From the human T2T-CHM13v2.0 reference genome, Homo sapiens, in assembly GCF_009914755.1 (NCBI RefSeq), contig NC_060935.1: a stretch of DNA of 64,000 nucleotides, one strand, 5' to 3'. The position numbers and the translations under genes were made by a program. The first letter of the stretch is position 1; each line of letters opens with the position of its first letter. Shown one piece after another: positions 1-14,852 of this stretch. The notes beneath the pieces are model-generated. The model was not told where the DNA came from and did no database searches. It saw nothing but the letters and a program-made list of their open reading frames with translations.

Positions 1-235
1 TGTCACAGCTTCCCTTGGCTAGGAAAGGGAAATCCCCCGACCCCTTTCGCTTCCCGGGTGAAGTGACGCCCTGCTCTGTTTTGGCTTGCCCTCCGTGGGC
101 TGCACCCACTTTCTGACCAGTCCCAGTGAGATGAACCAGGTACCTCAGTTGGAGATGCAGAAATCACCCGTCTTCTGCATCAATCACACTGGGAGCTGCA
201 GATGGGAGCTGTTCCTATTTGGTCATCTTGGAATG
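1..235 (-). mobile_element. 5' end (5'UTR) of an L1PA element, about L1PA7/8; runs off the left edge of the window
   Basis: The reverse complement reads ccaagatgaccaaataggaacagctccc...gcagaagacgggtgatttctgcat...tgaggtacctggttcatctcactgggactgg, the canonical primate L1 5'UTR start. The YY1 motif CAAGATGGCC is mutated to CAAGATGACC. Confidence 0.93.
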
Positions 236-1354
236 GACCGAACCTCAGATTTTACAACACCCAAGTCCATGACCTTATTTTGGTATACTCATACCCAAAA
301 CAGGAGCTATCTTATCTTCCCCAGTTATTGATCAAATTTTAGAACAGTAAAGTATTTAAAAATGTATAAATTGGTTATTAGAAATAATTCAGGTTATGGT
401 AGAGAGACTGTTTTATAGAGGCAGCAGTCATCATTTATAATACATATGTAGAATTTTTGTAAACAGAAAATATAAGATTATATTTATGTGTTATGGATAT
501 AAAAGTGAATAGTTTGATAAACATTACTTTTGTACTAGTTTGCTTGATAGTAGATAGACATGACCTGAATAAAGAACCAGAGAAATCTGTGAATAGAAAA
601 GAAACATAATTTGTAGATTCAGAGTTAGAAAAAAAAAAAAAAACTTTGTACCATAGATAGTAACGGAGGATGTTCTCCCCTTTGAGTAAAATGATGAAAG
701 AAAGAACTGGGTTTAATGCTTTTTAATTTATAAGTTGGAAACATAAATGCATGTCCTAATGAGAAGCCTAAGATAGAATAACAAATTAATCACATCAGGA
801 ACTTGCCCTTTGCATTTCCTTTCTCCTGGGAACTTAAATGCTGAATTTTAATGTTGCATTAACATTTGCAATAAAAGCTAAAACCCTTAAACTAAAATGC
901 AAACTTCCTTGCAGAGTAGTGTGGTAATTGTACAAAATAACCACATCTAATAACACAGGAGGGCTAAAGGCAAGGATACATTGTTGTCACTTGAAATTAT
1001 AAAGGAATTTCTAAGGAGGATTGATGAAGTTACTGACTTAATTAAAGTTTTCTTGCAATATCATTGACAAATGCTCTGCATTTTTCTTGCTTTAAGTAAT
1101 AGGTATCTTTTGAAAAGGAATGTATCTCAAACCAATATTTTCTCAGTTGCTAACATTATTTTCTTGAATATATTGTATTTTCATTTTGGTTCAAATGACA
1201 TTTTGATTTTTTACTTAAAACGCTTTGATTTTCACTTAGTGGATTTCCCCCAGATCCCATAGCTAACACATCCCATAGCTAACCTATATGTAGGAAGCTT
1301 TAAAGAACTAAAAGTTAAACCTACATGCCACAAAATATTTTTGAAAAAGGTAAG

Positions 1355-1406
1355 TAATATGGTTTGACTGTGTCCTCACCCAAAATCTAATCTTGAATTG
1401 TAGTTC
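1355..1406 (+). mobile_element. Short 5' fragment of a THE1/MST (MaLR) LTR
   Basis: taatatggtttgactgtgtcctcacccaaaatctaatcttgaattgtagttc matches the THE1/MST LTR start tgatatggtttggctgtgtccccacccaaatctcatcttgaattgtagttc. Confidence 0.75.
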
Positions 1407-1775
1407 ATGGGAACAGAAATATAATTTTCATAAAAAGCTATTTCTAGAAAAACTTACAAATAGACAATATTTACAAGAATGCTGACCCATGTAATTAATA
1501 TATTAACATTAATATAAAAATTTACCAAGACAGTGTGAAAAATACAAATGTAATTATAGAGAAGGAAGAATAAGCATAGCAAGGGTAAGATACTGTCTCA
1601 GGACCACCTTAAAAAACCTTTACAAAGAGATTTTGGTTTGCACCAGAAACATACCAGACTAGAATAATATATATTGTAATTATTCAATATATTTGAGAAC
1701 AAGATTAATAAACCAAAGAGCATTCATCCCAAAGTCATATTTATTTCAATAGATCGTTTGTTATTTCATATAAGT

Positions 1776-2099
1776 TCCTTTCTTTCTTTCTTTCTTTCTT
1801 TTTTTTTTAATTGAGATGGAGTCTCACTCTGTTGCCCAAGCTGGAGTGCAGTGGTGTGATCTTGGTTCACTGCAACCTCAGCCTCTTGGGTTCAAATGAT
1901 TCTCCTGCCTCAGTCTCCGGAGTAGCTGGGACTGCAGGCACATGCCACAATGCCTGGCTAATTTTTTTTTTTTTTTTTTAGTAGAGATTAGATTTCGGCA
2001 TGTTGGCTTGACTGCTCTTGAACTCACGAGCTCAGGTGGTCCACCCACCTTAGCCTCCCAAAGTGCTGGGATGATAGGCATGAGCCACTGTGCCCGGCC
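1776..2099 (-). mobile_element. AluS (Sx/Sz-like), full length
   Basis: (CTTT)n/T tail, both Alu arms, ends tgcccggcc. Degenerate TSD ttatttcatataagttc / ttatttcttttaaagttc. Confidence 0.95.
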
Positions 2100-2364
2100 A
2101 TTATTTCTTTTAAAGTTCTGATCTAATTTAATTCCTTCTGGTATTGTAGAGGGCAGACTAAGTTCCTAACTAGATGACTCTTAAGCAATATTTGAAGTTC
2201 TGCTATTTATTTGAAATTTGGACAGAACAAGTGAGCATGCCCTTTAGAAAATTTGTACCTAGAAATGTATTCCTAATACTTCTATCTGGGGATGCCAACA
2301 AATTCCTCTTACATATTCACTGGACAGTCTGTTATGTGGAAAACTCAGGAGATATGCAGACTAA

Positions 2365-2530
2365 TATGTCAGGATTAGAAGCCCGCTTCTGCCAGTTGGT
2401 AGCTATATACATTTGAACAAGTGACACAAGAACTCTTAATTGTTTCTTCAACTTCAAAATGAAATTATGAATATTTACTTAAAAGGGTAGTCATGAGGAT
2501 TGAAATATACGTGTAAATAATTCTTTACAG
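2365..2530 (+). mobile_element. MIR fragment
   Basis: Degenerate MIR core: ttctgccagttggtagct...aacaagtgac...tgtttcttcaacttcaaaatgaaatt...tcatgaggattgaaa. Confidence 0.55.
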
Positions 2531-2729
2531 AGAAGTCAGGCTATAATAGAGTATTTTAAAATGACAATCTGAGTAAGACATTTAGAAATAAAAAGTAGTT
2601 TTCTTGTTTCTCCTTCTCGCTGATATAAATCTGTCTTTAATTATATCTGTATTTTCAAATCTCAAAGCTTTTTGTTTATCATGAAATATAGAATTACTGT
2701 AATTTATGTTTCACCCCAAACAAAGAGAC

Positions 2730-3257
2730 TGTAGAAGACATTCTCCAAGATTGCTCTCAGTGATTTCTACCACCTAGTATGTATGCCCTCTTCAATTCCC
2801 ATCGCTATAGAAGAGGGATCATCTGTGTAACCAATGGGATATTGTGGGAATTACAGAATATAACCTCATAGCTCATTCACAATACACATTGAAGCTTTCA
2901 CCTTGCTCTCTCAGAATAATTGCTTTTACGGAAGCCAGATGCCCATTGTGATGACAGCCACGTAGCCCTTTGAAATGATCCATATGATGCAGAACTCAGG
3001 TGTCCAACAGCCAGCCCCACCTTGCCAGCCACACAAGTGAGCCTCATGGGAAGCCTCTGTGAAGCTACAGTCAAGCATCAAGATGACTGTACCCTGGCAA
3101 CACCTTCATTTCAACAACATAGAGTCCTCAGCCAGAACCACCATGTCATTTCAAAATTTCTTACCATGATATTGTACAAGAAAGTAAACGTTTATTATTA
3201 TTTTAAGCCTTTAACTTTTAGGGTGGCTTTTTAATGCAGCAATAAATATCTACTACA
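2730..3257 (+). mobile_element. MaLR solo LTR, MLT1E/F-like
   Basis: TG...CA ends. Internal motifs ggaagccagatgccc, cagccagccccaccttgccagcca, agatgactgtaccctggcaacacctt. 3' end ttttaagcc...gcagcaataaatatctactaca. Confidence 0.8.
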
Positions 3258-3469
3258 AATTTAACTGCACTTCCGATCACAATATTGCTACTATTTCTTA
3301 ATTATCTCACAGCGTGCCTTGGACCAAAAGGACCATTCAACTGACTTCAGTCCCATTTGGCCAACCACAGATTATGAGCTAAGTAAATGCTTGTAAATCA
3401 ATTGTTTGCAGTTGTTAGTTACAAAGAAAAAGCTATTTGATGTATATCCTCTGTATCGCTGTTCCATTG

Positions 3470-5270
<1,801 letters not shown>

Positions 5271-6519
5271 AAAAATCTTATCAGTTTCATATTGAGATTG
5301 GTAATAAATCAGTTTTTCATGCTGGTAATTCTTATTGCAGCTTCCATAAAAACAACAACAACAACAATAACAAAATAACCAAAAACAATTGCTTCACTTT
5401 TGGGCCTCTGGGCAGGAGGTCATAGCAAATATTTGCTATGTGCTGAAGGGAAGTTGGAGGTATGTCAAGAACAGTACTTACGACATTGCTCCCACTCTCA
5501 CAGAGATACTAAAGTCAGCATATAAAGAAAAGCAGTAATATGCTGTACCTAAGAAGTCATAGATTCCTGAAAATCTCAATACCTCATTTTATAACTGCCT
5601 TAAAACCATACTGAAAAATCATCACTCCTCTGCTCACATCTTTCTGCAAATTTGTCAAACCCATTACCCTTATTATTCTAAAGGGAATGACCCCTCTATG
5701 GACCTAGAAAGCCAAAAGGAGAGTGACAGATGCTGGTGGGGAGCTGCATTTTACAGGGTTTCAGGGAGGTGACCATTAGAATAAGAATGAGGATTCTGAA
5801 GCTTGGCTGTGTCTGCCAACAGTGAAGTAGGGAATCGGAGCTGCCACACTTGAAGGTTGCTGCCAATCATACTGAGAAAGGAAACATCATGTTGCCCTTT
5901 TTCTGCAGGACTAAGCCTTTTAGCAGTTTTGTTCTCACCCTGGAAGATTCCAACTCATTCACAGCCTCTGTATTTTGATTATAGGCATCACGAGGTTCTC
6001 TTTTGTCCTCCATGGGCTTACAACCTTTATAAATTCCTTGGCATTCTCAGGCATGGGATATTTGGTGAGGGCAAATTCCGTTTATTTGTCTTTCTGAATG
6101 GTTTACTAATCATAAATGAACAGGACCTTGCATTTTCAGTGTGCTTCGGGATTTTTAAGTTTTTTCAAATGTATGTGTATTTTTTTTTTTTTTCAAGAAA
6201 ATGAAGGCTCTAAGATGTTAACAATTTTGGAGATTTTTACACCAAATAATAATCAGAACTGGAAGTCAGTCCAAAGTCTTTTGAGTCTTTTGAAATCCCA
6301 GAGCTTCAAGCCTTTTTACATTCTACCCCAAAGACTCTTTAAAATATAAGCTTGATGAAGAGGTTTGAAGAGTGCAGAAATTACACTTTCTTTTTGGTAC
6401 TAATGTTCTTAGTTATCCATAAACTACTCTTCCTGTTTTAGAGGGTTGAAAATAACATGGGGTTCTTTTTTTGGGGGGGTACAGATTAGGTACCAGTCAC
6501 TGCGCTATAGATTTTCCTG

Positions 6520-6715
6520 TAGTGCCTGTAGGTACCAGTCACTGCGCTGTAAAACCTGTACACAGGTTTACCCCGTGTAGTCTTCTCAGCCACCTGACCA
6601 GATGATTATTATTATACTATTATTGACAGTTTTATAGATGAGGCTCCGATCAGGCACAAACAGCTAAATAGCAGGGGGAATATTAAATCAAACTCTATCT
6701 AAATCCATCAGCTAA
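6520..6715 (-). mobile_element. MIR fragment
   Basis: attattgacagttttatagatgagg...acagctaaatagcagggggaatattaaatc resembles the antisense MIR core. Confidence 0.5.
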
Positions 6716-7081
6716 TCCAAATCCTATGAAAACCCCTGGCTTCCAAGTTACATAAAGTATGAAGATATGTTCTATATTTCTGAAAATGCAAAGATGGCTT
6801 AAATATCTGGTAGTATATACCACAATTACTCTGTTTGCTATAACTGATATGGAACAGATATTAAGATTTAAAAATCTAGAGACACGTGTGCATGTGTGTG
6901 TATGTCTTAAATGTACAAAAACCAGCAATGAATGTTCAGATTAGATAAAAGAGGATCTGTATACATATCCACAACTTTACAATTGCCTTTATCCTTTAGA
7001 TTCCATCAAACGCATGGTGGATGCCTATGTAATCATTTCTGAAGAATTTCAAATAAATTGGTATGCCTGCATAACACAGGG

Positions 7082-7296
7082 CAGTGGCCGTCAGTCATGA
7101 GTGATTTTGTTCACCAGGGAGGATCATCTGACAATGTCTGAAGACATTTGTTACAAATGAGGGGTGTCGGTGCTACAGGCATCTTGTGTGTAGAAGCCAG
7201 GGATACAGCTAAACATTTTACAATGCATAGGACAGCCTTCCAAAACAAAAATTATCCATCCCCAAATGAAAATAATGCTGAGATTGAGAAACCCTG
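7082..7296 (+). mobile_element. MER20 (hAT-Charlie non-autonomous DNA transposon)
   Basis: cagtgg...gattttg...acaatgtctgaagacatt...tgctacaggcatc...tagaagccagggatacagctaaacattttacaatgcataggacagcc...tgctgagattgagaaaccctg follows the MER20 consensus end to end. Confidence 0.9.
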
Positions 7297-10028
7297 GGGT
7301 GCGAGAAAGCAAGAGATGGAAGCAATGTGCCAGGATTTAACTTTAATAATAGAATTGCAAACTTTTAACCACTGCTTTCATGCAGACCAGCTGAGGCGCT
7401 AAAGGAATTTACTCCATGCATAGGTATAATGATTACAAAGATTAGAGGACACTTAGGTCACCTGCCAGTTATGTATTTCTAAGAGCAGCAAGAGTCTAAG
7501 TAAACTACAAGTCAAATAGCACCAAAAATAATATGTTACTGCATAAATGTATTAATAGGTTATTTTATTATTGAACTTATAAAAGATACAGAAACTTCTG
7601 GAATAAGCAAGCGCTCACAAAAGCATGCTGCTATTTGTAAATAAAAGGAGTTTTCTGAGTTGGTTGTAGGTATTAGTCAACATGGATACAGACATCTCTT
7701 ACTTTCTTTTATTCCTATCTGGATAAGGAAACTGGGCACTGAGCAGTCACTGGAGACAGATAAAGAATATATTCATTTCCTACCCTCTCATTTATTTTCT
7801 TTTCCTTCCTCTAAGCTTTGCATTAATAAAGCATAGAAGGAAGAAGAAACCAGGACTAAAGATACTTGAATGCATCCTCCTTCTCATATAAAACCTATAA
7901 TTTTCTGAAATTTTCAGAAATGCATTACTTCTCTTTTGACGGCCCTTGCTGAAATTCACAGAAGCCAACAAAAGAAATCATGAAGTCTCTAGCATGAATC
8001 ATTTATTTGGACAAAATAGAGAAGCTATTTTAAAAAGGGCAGTAATTCCTTCTTGCTGTCAAAAGATAAAGGCTTACAATTTCCTGCTGAAATGTGTACA
8101 ATACCTTGTAAATTGTGAACATGTAATCATCTCTTGAAAAAGAGGAGAAAAACACCAATTGGCAACATTTTGCCATAGTAGTGAATGCATTACTGCAAAC
8201 CATGAATATTTTTAATTCTAGTCTTCTAAGAGAAAATGACAAAAGTCAATTGTTCACTACCAGATAATAGTGAAAGTCAACTAAAAAAGGGAGTTAAAGT
8301 TAGAAAAGTGACCAGAAAAAAATTACTATTTTTCCAAGCAAACTTTTACTGCCGTTAGATCTCGGAGTCATAGCTAATGACTTTAATGTGAGGTCTGTAA
8401 TATCCCAAAGAGGCACAGAATGAGAAATCCAATTCCATCTGTCCTGAATATTACTGAGGAAAGCAAAGCTGCTTTTGGATGATGAAAATTCTACTACTGA
8501 GGATATACCGTGACTGGCTGCAGTAATTGCAGTGAGCAAAATTATGTTTGTCTATGCAAACTGCCATGTTTTAATATTGCTCCCCATCCTCTCAGAGAAA
8601 ATTATAAGGAACATTGGAGTAAGAAATTATATTTGTACATTGTCATTTGGGATCCATTATCACCCTTTAAACCACAATTATTGGTGTCAGTGTTGGAGCT
8701 TTGTGGATATTCAGTGGCCTTTAAAATATTTCCCTGACACATTGAAGAAAATCGGATTCAAAGTGGCTAGTGAAATTGTATTCAGATTACAGTCTGAATC
8801 AAAATTTCTTTCTGAAAACTATCCAACTTGCTTCCTTTAATTAAAAAAAAAATTTTAATTTGATTTAATTTTGGAGATTCTTAGGCAAATTGGGAAGTGA
8901 GTAGTTTGCCTTTGGTGAATCTCCACCTCTAATTTCAGCCGTGCCCTTTATAGTGTCAGCCTTGCTTATCCCTCATCTATGATGCTTAGGTTGGGACCCA
9001 TTCTCCCAGGACTCATGTTTCTTTTCCCATCTCCCCTTCTTTGTCTTTAATCCTATTTTCTCATTAGTTGTAGCACTGTCTCATCTCCTAACTTCATGAA
9101 AGATCACACATATGAATTACAAAGCTCAGGCTCTCTTCATTCTTCTGGTTTTATAAAGATAACTCCATTTGGTCCTTTCAAATATAGGCATCTTTCTTTT
9201 ATTTCATTTTTAGGTAACCTAGTTCAAACTGTCAGAAAAGACTGGATTTCTACTGTTTTCCAAAACCATCAAGGAGATCAAAGAATGACAAAACGAAAAC
9301 AGCTCAGGCCTGATTCCTACTGTATAGTCATCATTTATTTGAAAAATTAATAGACTTGATCTTTGCCATCAAGTTCCTTAAGAGATATAAGTTCAAAAAC
9401 GATAGTTAGCAGTACAAGAGAATGCCTAAGGGACCAAGTGAAACATAGTGATTATATAAACCAGGGGATTCAGACAAGGGACAGAGGACATGGCATTGGG
9501 AGGTCAGGTACCACCTCGTCTTCACCTTCCAGGTAGCTAAAATTTGTTCATGATATTTGTTTAAGGTGAAGAAAGTGATAATCTTGTGTAACTTGATAGA
9601 GGTCTCAGAACAATATACGATTAGACTCTTTCTATTTTTCCCCCCAAAGAATCATTTTATCATTAAAGATACGCCTTCTGTTTAATTCACAGAATAAAAT
9701 CTTGGTGATTTATAGTATGATGTATAGGTGTTATTCATGAGCAAAGAGTATAATCACGTTTTCAGAGGTGAGATTTCAAATGATACAAGCAGGATTTATT
9801 TTGGCTTAAATTAAGTAATTTTTATCTGTAGCTCCTGCTGTCTGAAAGGGACCCTTGCCATAGGAGATGAGCCTATTCATTATAGGAAGTGAAGAATATA
9901 GTCCTCTAGAACAGGAATTCATTTCTTTCTATACTTACTATTAGTAAAGAAGACACAGAATGCTGTCTTCCATAGAGATCTTTAGGGTATGATTCAGAAA
10001 TTCATCCAAACATCATTCACTGAGTCAA

Positions 10029-10395
10029 TACTATGGACTGAATGCTTGTATCCTTCCCAAATTTATCTATTAAAATCTAGATCCCCAGTGCGGTGGAATT
10101 TGAAGATAAGGCCTTTGGGAAGGAATTAGATCATGAGGGTAGAACACTTTTGATGAAATTAGGGCCCTCATTAGAAGAAGCTTGAGAGAGTTTGTTTTCC
10201 ATTTGTGCCCTCTGCCCTATAAGGATATGAGGATAACACAGCCATTGCAAACTTGGAAGCAGATGCTTCACAGACAACAGATCTGCCATCACCTTGATCT
10301 GAGACTTTCCAGGCTCCAGAACTGTGAGAAGTAAATGTTTGTTGTTTAAGCCACCCAGTCTAAGGTAATTTGTTATAGCAGCTTAAACTAAGACA
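10029..10395 (+). mobile_element. MLT1A-type MaLR solo LTR
   Basis: ctatggactgaatgcttgtatcc...gcctttgggaaggaattagatcatgagggtagaac...ctccagaactgtgagaagtaaatgtttgttgtttaagccacccagtc...aactaagaca. Confidence 0.9.
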
Positions 10396-10574
10396 CTTGA
10401 GTTTCAAGAGCAGCTGATATTACCTAACTTTTGCCAAGTAATCAGATTCACTTATTCTCATTTTCTTATTGTGGACACATAGGAAGCCTGGTTGGGTAGA
10501 TACCCAATAATATTAGAGAAGATCACTTCTGGTCATCAGCAATATAGGATAAGAAAACAAAGTAAGAATGATTG

Positions 10575-10873
<299 letters not shown>

Positions 10874-13799
10874 GATTGAAACCATGATAACATCACTGTT
10901 CAAACTGAGTTCTCAGAGAATAGTGGAAGAAAGGAGGGAACCCTGGTTAGATTATGTGTTGTATTACGTTTTTACATCCACAAAAAAATTACAGACAAAT
11001 GTATTTAAAAATTGCTAGCGCTTCTATTTCTAGGAAGTGTGCACTTGTATGTATGTGTGGGGAGGGAGATATTTTTATTTATTAATTTTAATTTTGTTCA
11101 TTTTGTACTATTTGGTAATTATAGACATATATTGCTTTTGAAATTTAAATAATAGTTTTATGGACTTGGAATGGGAGTCATCTCTCGCTCCTCTCCTCTC
11201 CCTAGAGAGAGCACGGCTGCACATGCACTGAATATTAAGGAGGTACCGCCGCTAAGCGCCTATTTGCCAGCCTTTACTCTTACGCGCCGTCTACTGGACG
11301 ACAGCCTGAATTACACCAACAAAGAAAACTACACTGCTTCAAAATGTAATGCTGTGAAACCTGCAGAAACCTGTCTACAACCAAGAAACCCACATTGAGC
11401 CTTGGGCCCCTGAAAGCACCCAGAAACAAAGACAATCCCCTTACACAACATACACTGCAGTCAAACACTCGAAGAAATAAACTAAGAATATGAGAACAAA
11501 GAGCCCCTTCTGACTGACAACAAATTTAAAAAGAAAAAGAAACTCCAGCTCCTTCAGATGAGAAGGGCTCAGTGCAAGAACTCTAGAAATTCAAAAAGTC
11601 AGAGTGTTTTGTTACCTCCAAAGGATCACACTAGCTCCCTAGCAATGGATCCTAACCAGATGGAAATGTCTGAAATGACAGACATAGAATTCAGAATCTT
11701 GATGGCAAGGAAGTGTAACAAGATCCAAAGAAAGTTGTCATTCAATTTAGGGAAGCCAGAAAAATAATCCAAAATTTAAAAGATGGCATAGCTATATTAA
11801 GAAAGAACCCAAACTGAACTTCTGGAATTTAAAAATTCACTACAGGAATTTCAAAATACATTTGGAAGCCTTAACAACAGATGAGACCAAGCAGGGGAAA
11901 GAATTTTAGAGCTTAAAGAATAGTCCTTCAAATCAATCTGATCAGACAAAAATAAAGAAAAAATAAATTTTTAAAAATGAGAAAAGCCTCCAAGAAATGT
12001 GGAATTATGTAAAGTGACCAAACCTATGACTCATTGGCATTTCTGAGAGAGAAGAAGAGAGAGTAACCAACTTGGAAAGCATATTTGAGGATATAATCCA
12101 TAAAAATTTCCCAAAGCTCACTAGAGAGGTCAACAGGGGAATATGAAGAATTCAAGTAACCCCTGCAAGATACTATATAAGACAATCATCCCCAGGACAC
12201 ATAGTCATCCGACTTTCTAAGATTAATGCAAAAAAAAAAAATTCTAAAAGGCAGCTAGAGAAAAGCATCATATCACCTATAAAGAAAACCCCATCAGGCT
12301 AACAGCAGATTTCTCAGCAGGAAACTTACAAGTCTGAAGAGATTGGGGGCCTATTTTTAGCATTCTTAAAGGAAAGAAATTTCAACCAAAAATTTTATAT
12401 CCTGACAAACGAAGCTTGATAAGCAAAGGAGAAATAAAATCTTTTGCAGACAAACAATTGCTAATGAAATTTGTTACCACTAGACTGGCCTTATAAGAGA
12501 CACTTAAGGGATTTCTGACTATGGAAAGGAAAAAAATTACACCTCCTACCACAAAAACATACATAAGTACATTACCCACAGACTCTATAAAGCAACTACG
12601 CAATGGAGACTACAAAGCAACCAGCTAACACCATCATGACAGGAGAAAAACCTCACATATCAATATTAAGTGTGAATGCAAATAGTCTAAACACCCACTT
12701 AACAGACAAAGAACGGCAAATAGTATTAAAAAACAGGACTCAACCTTCTGCTGTCTTCAACAGACCCATCTCTCATGTAATGACACCCATAGGCTCAAAG
12801 TAAAGAGATGGAGAAATATCTACAATGCAAATGGAAAATTTTTAAAAAGCAGGGATTGGTATTCTTGTATCAGAAAAAACAGAAGTTAAACCAACAACAT
12901 TAAAAAAAAAGACAAAGAAGGTTATTACATAATGATAAAGGGTTCAATTCAACAAGAAAGCTTAATTATCCTAAATATATACACAACCAATATCGGAGCA
13001 CCCAGGCTCATAAAACAAGTAATTCTAGACCTGCAAAAATACTTAATTACATAATAATAGTGATGTACTTCAAAACCCCACTGACAGCGTTAGACAGATC
13101 ACTGAGAAAGAAAACTGTCAACAAGATTCTGGACTCTATTTGACACTTGACCAGTTGGATCTAATAGACATTGGCAGAATATTCCACCCAATAACCACAG
13201 AATACACATTCTTCTCTTTAGCACACAGAACATACTCCAAGACCAAGCGTGTGCTTGGTGATAAAGCAAGTCTCAATAAATTCAAAAAATCAAAATTATA
13301 CCAAGCATACTATTGAGCCAGAGTGAAACAAAAATAGAAATAAATACCAAGAGGAACTCTCAAAACCACACAACTGCATGAAATCTAAACATCTTGCTCC
13401 TGAATGACATCTGCATAAACAACAAAATTAAAGCAGAAATAAAAAAAATTATTGGCAATAAATGAAAGCAGAAAACACTACATACCAAAATCTCTGGGAT
13501 GTGGCAAAAACCACATTAAGAGGAAAGTTTGTAACACCAAATACCTACATCAATACCATAGAAAGATCTCAAATTAATAATCTAACATCACACCTAAAGG
13601 TACTAGAGAAACAAAAACTAACAAGAAGTAAATAAATAAACAAAATGAGATCAGATTTAAATGAAATTGAGACCCCCCAAAAAATCATGCAAAGAACTAA
13701 CAAAACAAAAGTTGGTTTGAGAGGATAAACAAGGTTGATAGACTGTTAGTTAGATTTACAAAGAAAAAAAAGAAGATACAAATAAGCACAATCTGAAAT

Positions 13800-14852
13800 T
13801 GGAACAGTATAGAGAAGAGACTCAGTCTTGGCAGATGAGGGATATGATAACCAAGACCCCACGAATCTCACATGTCCAGGAAGATTCCCTCCCTTACTTT
13901 CTTGCCTCCCTTAACAAGCTGACCCATGTAATGCAGGAGAAAGCTACCCTGTCCTAACCTAACTGACTAGGCTAATTTCCTAACCATAAAGGAAGAGCAT
14001 AACCATTTATCTCCTCAAGTGATGCCTCCCAAGGTTGGCAGAGCAGGACTCTAGCATTCCTGATAAGAACCTGATCATCTTCCACATTTACTGAAGTGAG
14101 ACTCTGGCATTCTCCATAAGAACTGGAGGCCGGGTGCAGTGGCTCACGCCTGTAATCCCAGCATTCTGGGAGGCCGAGGCAGGTGGATCACGAGGTCAGG
14201 AGATCGAGACCATCCTGGCCAACATAGTGAAATCCTGTCTCTACTAAAAAATAAAAAAATATTAGCAGGGCATGGTGGCAGGTGCTTGTATTCCCAGCTA
14301 CTAGGGAGGCTGAGGCAGGAGAATGGCGTGAACCTGGGAGGTGAAGCTTGCAGTGAGGCAGTGAGCCGAGAATCCACCACTGCACTCCAGCCTGGACAAA
14401 AGAGCGAGACTCTGTTTAAAAAAAAAAAAAAGAAGAAGAACTGGATAAGATCCAGTCAGCTGAAGACAAGGTGGACTCCAGCATTGATCTTTCACTGAGA
14501 TTTTCTTCATAATAATCTCATTATAATACTAAAAATCATACCTTGGGTGGAGATTTAACATGGTAATGAAACATATAATGCATAAAGAAACATGTTATCA
14601 AACTGCACAGCTGTTAAAAGTTCTCTGCCTGTACATGCCTACATATCACTCCTTTTCTCATCTCAGCTTTTTAAAAATGAAGTAGCCAAGCCCTTCAGAA
14701 ACCTAGCATCAGCATCTCTTTCCTGTGTGCTGCTCCCTTGGATTGCTTGAGCTGCAAGCCTATTACATCTTGCCTGAGAAAAACTTCTGTTTGGCCTCCT
14801 GTTAATTTCTACTTATGTGTGAGCCAAGAATACAGCCTGTGTTGCAGGAACA
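13800..14852 (+). mobile_element. Solo LTR, probably class I ERV (ERV1; MER34/MER39/LTR29-like group), inserted in L1 ORF2
   Basis: Non-L1 block with TG...CA ends, flanked by a 4-bp duplication aaat (13796-13799 / 14853-14856). The L1 reads through contiguously (…atctgaaat|gacaaaagtgacattac…) once it is removed. Confidence 0.8.
14128..14435 (+). mobile_element. AluSc/AluY-type element nested in the ERV1 LTR
   Basis: Full Alu with a perfect TSD aagaactgga (14118-14127 / 14436-14445). Confidence 0.96.

Noticed and set aside
86-331. 81-aa ORF (…EMNQVPQLEMQKSPVFC…)
   Set aside because: It is the antisense reading of the L1 5'UTR running into flank, with a non-ATG start. It is a common repeat-derived ORF with no evidence of being a gene.
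5857-6349. Overlapping 115-aa and 77-aa ORFs in unique sequence
   Set aside because: No recognisable domain, F/L-rich composition from T-rich DNA, and no splice or promoter context.
14139-14498. 119-aa ORF and other Alu-overlapping ORFs (1878, 10682, 16730, 20031, 38900, 49468)
   Set aside because: Typical Alu read-through translations.
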